Below are positions 9,176 to 14,055 of a stretch of 14,055 nucleotides of DNA, piece after piece. The notes below the pieces were generated by a model. That model was not told the DNA's origin and did no database searches. It saw nothing but the letters and a program-made list of their open reading frames with translations. Position 1 is the stretch's first letter, and each line of letters starts with the position of its first letter. The stretch comes from Octopus sinensis (lineage: Eukaryota). The position numbers were made by a program, and so were the translations under genes. The stretch is from contig NW_021825953.1 of assembly GCF_006345805.1 (NCBI RefSeq), positions 1-14,055 of the forward strand, given 5' to 3'.

Positions 9176-9535
9176 AGGCAGCGAGCTGGCAGAAACAGCA
9201 CACCGGGAGAAATGCTTAGTGGTATTGCGTCTGTCTTTACGTTCTGAATTCAAATTCCGCCGATGTCGACTTTACTATCCATCCTTTCGGGGTCGATAAA
9301 TTAAGTACCAGTTACACACTGGGGTCGCTCTAATCGACTTAATCCCTTTGCTTGTCCCCTTTGTGTTTAGTCCCTTGTGGGCAATAAAGAAATAAGAATC
9401 GTTAGCACGCCGGGAGAAAAGATTAAGGGTATTAAAATATTAACAGTACCAGTTGCGTACTGTGGTCACTCTAATCGACTGCCCACCTTCTCCAAAATTC
9501 CTGGCCTCGTGCCTCGAGTAGCAAAGATTATAACA
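9176..9535 (+). mobile_element. Dimeric Meta-like SINE, inverted relative to 8435-8832
   Basis: Same head, B box and Meta-like domain. The second unit is internally deleted. Confidence 0.9.
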
Positions 9536-9649
9536 TTGTCATAATAAAAGTCAAACACATAAGAAGTGGTATCAAAAGATCCTCGGACTAGTTAAGTTTA
9601 ATAAAAAAATAACTTATTCGCCTAAATAATCACCCTGCCCAACAATGCA

Positions 9650-9730
9650 CCGGTACTAGCGTTCTTGCCTCATTTGGAATCCGGCCCGGAAGTCGTTTTC
9701 TGTAAGCGAGCCGAGGACCGTCTGTGATTC
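9650..9730 (+). promoter_or_regulatory. Candidate CpG-rich promoter / first-exon boundary
   Basis: Local CpG cluster, ETS motif CCGGAAGT at 9686-9693, and 5' splice-site-like GTAAGC at 9702-9707. Confidence 0.3.
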
Positions 9731-9828
9731 GTTCTGTATCTCAATAACGACATACAAATTCACACAAACGAAAAGACACACACTCTCACCTCCACCATAC
9801 ACACATATGTACTAGGACGCTATATAAA

Positions 9829-9925
9829 ATTCATTCATTCATTCATTCATTCTTCTTCTTCTTCTTCTTCTTCTTTTCTTCTTCTTCTTCTTCTTCTCCT
9901 CCTCCTCCTCCTCCTCCTCCTCCTC

Positions 9926-9985
<60 letters not shown>

Positions 9986-10013
9986 ATACTAATACTACTT
10001 CTACTACTACTAC
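9829..10013. repeat. Compound microsatellite (ATTC)n-(TTC)n-(TCC)n-(TAC)n
   Basis: Direct reading. Confidence 0.95.
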
Positions 10014-10031
10014 TTTTCTTGTATATATGAA

Positions 10032-10637
10032 AGGCAGCGAGCTGGCAGAATCGTTAGCGCGCCGGGCGAAATGCTTAGCGGTATTTCGTCTGCCGTTACG
10101 TTTGAGTTCAAATTCCGCCGAGCATCCTTTCGGGGTCGATTAAATAAGTACCAGTTACGCGCTGGGGTCGATAGAAGCGATTTAATCAGTTTGTCTGTCC
10201 TTGTTTATCCCCTCTGTGTTTAGCTCCTTGTGGGTAGTAAAGAAATAGGTATTTCGTCTGCCGCTACGTTCTGAGTTCAAATTCCGCCGAGGTCAACTTT
10301 GCCTTTCATCCTTTCGGAGTCGATTAAATAAGTACCAGTTACGCACTGGGGTCGATGTAATCGACTTAATCCACTTGTCTGTCCTTGTTTGCCCCCTATA
10401 TGTTTACCCTCTTGTGGGCAATAAATAAATAAGAAACGTTAGCGCGCCGGACAAAATGCGTAGCGGCATTTCGCCCGTCTTTAAGTTCTGGGTCCAAATT
10501 CCATCGATGTCGACTTTGCTTCTCATCTTTTCGGGGTCAATAAATGAAGTACCAGTCAAGTACTGGCGTCGATGAGAACGACGACCCCGCTCCCTACAAA
10601 TTCCAGGCCTTGTGCCTATAGTAGAAAGGATTATTAT
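10032..10637 (+). mobile_element. Head-to-tail trimer of the Meta-like SINE
   Basis: Units at ~10032-10248, 10249-10433 and 10434-10637, each with a B-box-like motif and a catcctttcgg.gtcga..aa.taagtaccag-like domain. A further fragment lies near 10655-10690. Confidence 0.9.
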
Positions 10638-10909
10638 TGTTATTTCTATTACATTTCGCCGAGGTCGTCTTCGCCTTTCATTCTTTCAGAGTATCTGTCT
10701 GTCAATGTGCGTCGCTGAGTTTGTGTTTACCCCTCATCCCTCCTCTGTTACTTGATGGATTCTTACCAAGACACACTGACATATACTACATTCACTTAAT
10801 TAATTACTTACTATACTCCTGTGTAATCTATCTACGTTACATAATATCTTCCTATAAAGCTGATGCATTCAGATGAAATAGTACATCCATTAAAGAAAAG
10901 ACACTCAAA

Positions 10910-11036
10910 AACAATATATATATATATGTGTATATATATCTACGAACGCACATGTATACCTGTATATATATACATATATATATACATATAAATGTGTATA
11001 TATATATATATATAATGAATATACATGCATATATAC

Positions 11037-11087
<51 letters not shown>

Positions 11088-11419
11088 GCACACATGCACA
11101 CAAACACGGACATACTTATATAATGGCTGTTCACTTGTGACCGGGGAAGACAATCACTGACCATTAAGAACACTGCACTCAGACAAAATTATACTTTACA
11201 CTTGTGGTTCCGCTAGCGATCATTAAGTCCAGTTCTTGAGAGATACTGCAGACCAAACTTCATTCATATACTAAACTGCCGGTCTGTTTTCGAACAGCTC
11301 ACTTAAGTCAGAATGTAAAATGTGTCTTTCTTGAAAAACACAATGACAAGCATTGCTCTCCAAACTGGTCTTCCATATTTCGCATGCCTTAAATGAGGTC
11401 TTTAAACAGTTTAATATAT

Positions 11420-11497
<78 letters not shown>

Positions 11498-11510
11498 TAT
11501 ATATATTTAT
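10910..11510. repeat. (TA)n-rich microsatellite blocks (10910-11110, 11412-11510)
   Basis: Direct reading. Confidence 0.9.
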
Positions 11511-11522
11511 AAATGCACGATA

Positions 11523-11611
11523 ATAGAATAAGTACCGGGGTCGATACTTTCGACTAAAAATTCTTTAAGGCGATGCCCTAGCATGGCCACAGTCTAATGA
11601 CTGAAACAAAG
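11523..11611 (+). mobile_element. SINE 3' tail fragment
   Basis: atagaataagtac...ggggtcgat...cgactaaa...gcatggccacagtctaatgactgaaacaa matches the reverse complement of 12425-12530. Confidence 0.8.
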
Positions 11612-11633
11612 ATATACATATATATAAATGCAT

Positions 11634-11762
11634 AGGCACAGGTGTCGCTGTGTGGTAAAACGCTTGCTTGGCACCTTGGGCAAGTGTCTTCTACTATAGC
11701 CTCGAGTTGAGCAAAATCTTGTGAGTGGATTTTGTAGGTGGAAACTGAAAGACGTCCCACGT
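11634..11762 (+). mobile_element. SINE 5' part (head deleted internally, CORE-like domain)
   Basis: gctgtgtggtaa...ggcaccttgggcaagtgtcttctactatagcctcga...cttgtgagtggattt.gtag..ggaaactgaaaga matches the reverse complement of 12655-12745. Confidence 0.85.
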
Positions 11763-11788
11763 ATATATATATATATATATATATATAG

Positions 11789-12084
11789 ATCACCGTCATT
11801 ACCGTGACCGACCAGGATATCAGATGTTGCTACACATCGCTGCTCACAATGCGTTTCGCATTGTTTTAGCCTTCAAATGACGCCACCCCGCTGGCTAAGT
11901 GAGCAGGTCAACAGAAGAAAGAGTCAGTGAAAGTTGTAGCGAAAGAGTAAAGCAGGAATCGCCACCACCCCCTGCCGGAGCCTCGTGGAACTTTGGGTCT
12001 TTTCGCTCAATAAACAGTCACAACGCCCGGTCTGGGAATCGAAACCACGAGTCCGCTGCCCTAACCACTGGGCCATTGCGCCTC

Positions 12085-12085
<1 letters not shown>
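11789..12085 (-). mobile_element. tRNA(Arg-like)-derived SINE, near full length, deletion between A and B boxes
   Basis: Minus strand reads ggaggcgcaaTGGCCCAGTGGttagggcagcggactcgtGGTTTCGATTCCcagacc, with a 3' tail shared with 700-781. Confidence 0.9.
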
Positions 12086-12132
<47 letters not shown>

Positions 12133-12175
12133 CATACACACACTACTAAAACTCTGTGATTGCTTGCTTGACTGC

Positions 12176-12377
12176 AGCCAAACCGGCGCATAATGAGAAA
12201 ATACTCTAAAAGTAAGTTAATCCTGAAATGTGAATATAAACGGAATAAAACAAGTTTCGCGTAAATCGGACCACGGATTCCTGAAATACACGGTTTTTTG
12301 TGGTACCTTCATAAATAGCCAAAACGGCTTATAATGGGAAAATACTCTCAAAGTAACATAACCCTGAAAAGGGAATA
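12176..12377 (+). repeat. Diverged 61-bp direct repeat pair, 141-bp period
   Basis: 12176-12236 vs 12317-12377 match at 51/61 positions with no gaps. Confidence 0.85.
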
Positions 12378-12411
12378 AATAATACTATGAAAATTGCTTC
12401 CAATAATTTTA

Positions 12412-12793
12412 TACTCTTTACTCTTTTACTTGTTTCAGTCATGTGACTGTGGCCATGCTAGAGCACCGCCTTTAGTCGAACGAATCGACCCCAGAACTTA
12501 TTCTTTGTAAGCCTGGTACTTATTCTATCGGTCCCTTTTGCCGAGCCGCTAAGTTACGGAGACATAAACACACCAGCATCGGTTGTCAAGCGATGTTGGG
12601 GAGACAAATACTGATACACAAACATATACACGCACATATACATATATATATATGACGGGCCTCTTTCAGTTTCTGTCTACCAAATTCACTCACAAGGCTT
12701 TGGTCGGCTCGAGGCTATAGTAGAAGACACCTTCCCAAGGTGCCATGCAGTGGGACTGAACCCGGAATCATGTGGTTCGTAAGCTAGCTACTT
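12412..12793 (-). mobile_element. tRNA/CORE-type SINE with central microsatellite, 5' truncated
   Basis: Minus strand: aagtagctagc...gggttcagtccc (B box), ggcaccttgggaaggtgtcttctactatagcc (CORE-like), a TA/TG spacer, and a 3' tail ending in gagtaaa repeats. Confidence 0.9.
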
Positions 12794-12861
12794 TATTTTA
12801 TCAAATTTGCCATAAAGGCTGTACAAAGATTGTGTAGCTTTGCGGACTGGACAAACACATT

Positions 12862-13740
12862 AATGAATGAAAATGAAATAAAATGAATAAATGAGAGACG
12901 AAACCCAACACCCGCCGACCGGATATTTTAAAAATCAATATGAGGTTTCAAACCTCTTACAAGAAGGAGACAGTAAAACCTCTTACTTAACATGTTTTTT
13001 GAAAACACACAATTGAGGTTATAAGCCACTACAAATAATACAAAAAGATGAGGTTTCAAACCCTCTAACGAAGCTTTTTCACTTCCTACTCATCGATATA
13101 TCCATCATTATCTTCAATGCCGCTTGAGTTCCTGTATCCTGCCATTTCCCCTGCCTCACTCATGAAGGACATCTGGGTCGTGTAATGTCCACCCGAATAT
13201 ATACGAAACTCCTCCCCTTTATCCTTTAAGCCTTTCCCACAAGAGAAACCTTATAACCTCCACAGCTATCTGCGGAGGCCATTCGGGATCCCGTGTGAAG
13301 GCCATATCTAGTGTCTCTTTATGTTCTTCTACTATTTATTCCACCTCCCACCCTTGTAGAAAAAGATGGTCGTTTCTTCCACCGTGGGTGGCACAACTTC
13401 GAGACATGCAGACGGCACATCACCCCCCCCTGCGATGACCCGTTCTTCTTTTTTCTTTTTTTCTTTTCTTCCTGACTTCGGGAGAGTGGAGCTCTTCCGT
13501 TTTGTCCGGAGACTCTCCCCCACATCCCGAAGGCTTAGGGTCCTTCGGCGGGCAACTACCGTTGCCCGCCTTCTTCCTTTTTAATCCCTTTGACCGAGTA
13601 GGGGAGGTGGCATCCAGTGATTGTTCCTAGACCTTACCATGGTCCTGGGGGCAGTTCTTTTTAATGTGGCCTGGCTGCAGGCACGAGTGACACTTGGAGG
13701 GACGTCTCTCAAGTATCAGCGGATACCTGCAGCCAGGCAT
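12862..13740 (-). mobile_element. Decayed retroelement fragment, probably non-LTR ORF1 region plus putative 3' UTR and (CATTT)n-like tail
   Basis: A CCHC zinc knuckle followed by a basic low-complexity stretch. No RT or endonuclease motifs. The minus strand ends in catttattcattttatttcattttcattcatt at 12893-12862. Confidence 0.55.
13332..13722 (-). pseudogene. ORF1/gag-like pseudogene fragment with CX2CX4HX4C knuckle
   Basis: PLILERRPSKCHSCLQPGHIKKNCPQDHGKV* (knuckle 13651-13692, premature TAG 13627-13629). It continues in frame as EQSLDATSPTRSKGLKRKK...SPEVRKKRKK, with a frameshift in the A-run. Confidence 0.75.
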
Positions 13741-13839
13741 TAAAAAAAAAATCTCGAAAAACCAGATCTGTTGCGGCCGACGGGGTCCACAGGGTCAAAA
13801 TCGCTTTTGACCCTTCCCAATCGACCGCCGGCTATACCC

Positions 13840-13883
13840 TTCCATTACCGGTTTCGGTCATTTTGAGACCTTTTCAACTGTAA
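13840..13883 (-). ncRNA. Degenerate type I hammerhead-like motif, U3-A8 core
   Basis: Minus strand: uuacag UUGAAAA gguc-ucaaaau-gacc GAA ACCGGU A auggaa. Core, stem II and the palindromic stem III are intact. Stem I pairs at only 4/6 positions. Confidence 0.45.
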
Positions 13884-13968
13884 CGATTAAATAATTAAAT
13901 TTAGAAAAATTAGAAGAAAAGTTTTTTTAAAAGAATATTTCTGTAGTAGTGTTCAGATATAAGTAGCA

Positions 13969-14055
13969 TTCTGCCTTTCTCTGACTCCCTTGTTTGCACT
14001 TGTTTGTTCGGACCTCGAACACAAGTGCAAACAAGGGAGTCAGAGAAAGGCAGAA
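13969..14055. repeat. Near-perfect foldback hairpin (35 bp + 2-nt bulge + 5 bp, 5-nt loop)
   Basis: 13969-14003 is the exact reverse complement of 14021-14055. gttcg/cgaac closes the loop gacct. Confidence 0.95.

Noticed and set aside
9821-9830. TATATAAA TATA-box-like motif
   Set aside because: Such motifs are ubiquitous in this TA-rich window, and it is followed by microsatellite.
8435-10637. Recurrent gtcga...gtaccag motifs superficially like a CRISPR array
   Set aside because: Eukaryotic context, and the sequences between repeats are homologous SINE parts rather than unique spacers.
11140-11410. Complex-sequence island possibly coding
   Set aside because: Stops in all frames examined, and no recognisable motif or splice pair.
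13527-13580. GGGCAAC motif reminiscent of HDV-like ribozymes
   Set aside because: I could not build the nested double pseudoknot (P1/P2/P3/P1.1) or place a catalytic C. It is a simple hairpin.

Overview
AT-rich, microsatellite-saturated eukaryotic non-coding DNA. The repeat families and the (TA)n/(CA)n load look like an octopus/coleoid cephalopod genome (inferred from pattern recall, not checked). No intact host gene is recognisable. Most listed ORFs are microsatellite translation artefacts. Real content: a frameshifted D,D34D mariner with only one TIR (5510-6690); copies of four tRNA-derived SINE families; a non-autonomous Helitron-like element; a Tigger/pogo-like MITE; and a decayed retroelement ORF1/gag fragment with a CCHC knuckle. 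The highlight is 6691-7158. It holds a complete minimal type I hammerhead ribozyme with a compensatory U3-A8 core (6887-6929, +) inside interleaved inverted repeats. These can be reassembled into a ~364-nt self-complementary Penelope-pLTR/retrozyme-like monomer. A second, decayed U3-A8 hammerhead-like motif lies at 13840-13883 (-), and a near-perfect 40-bp hairpin runs to the window end.
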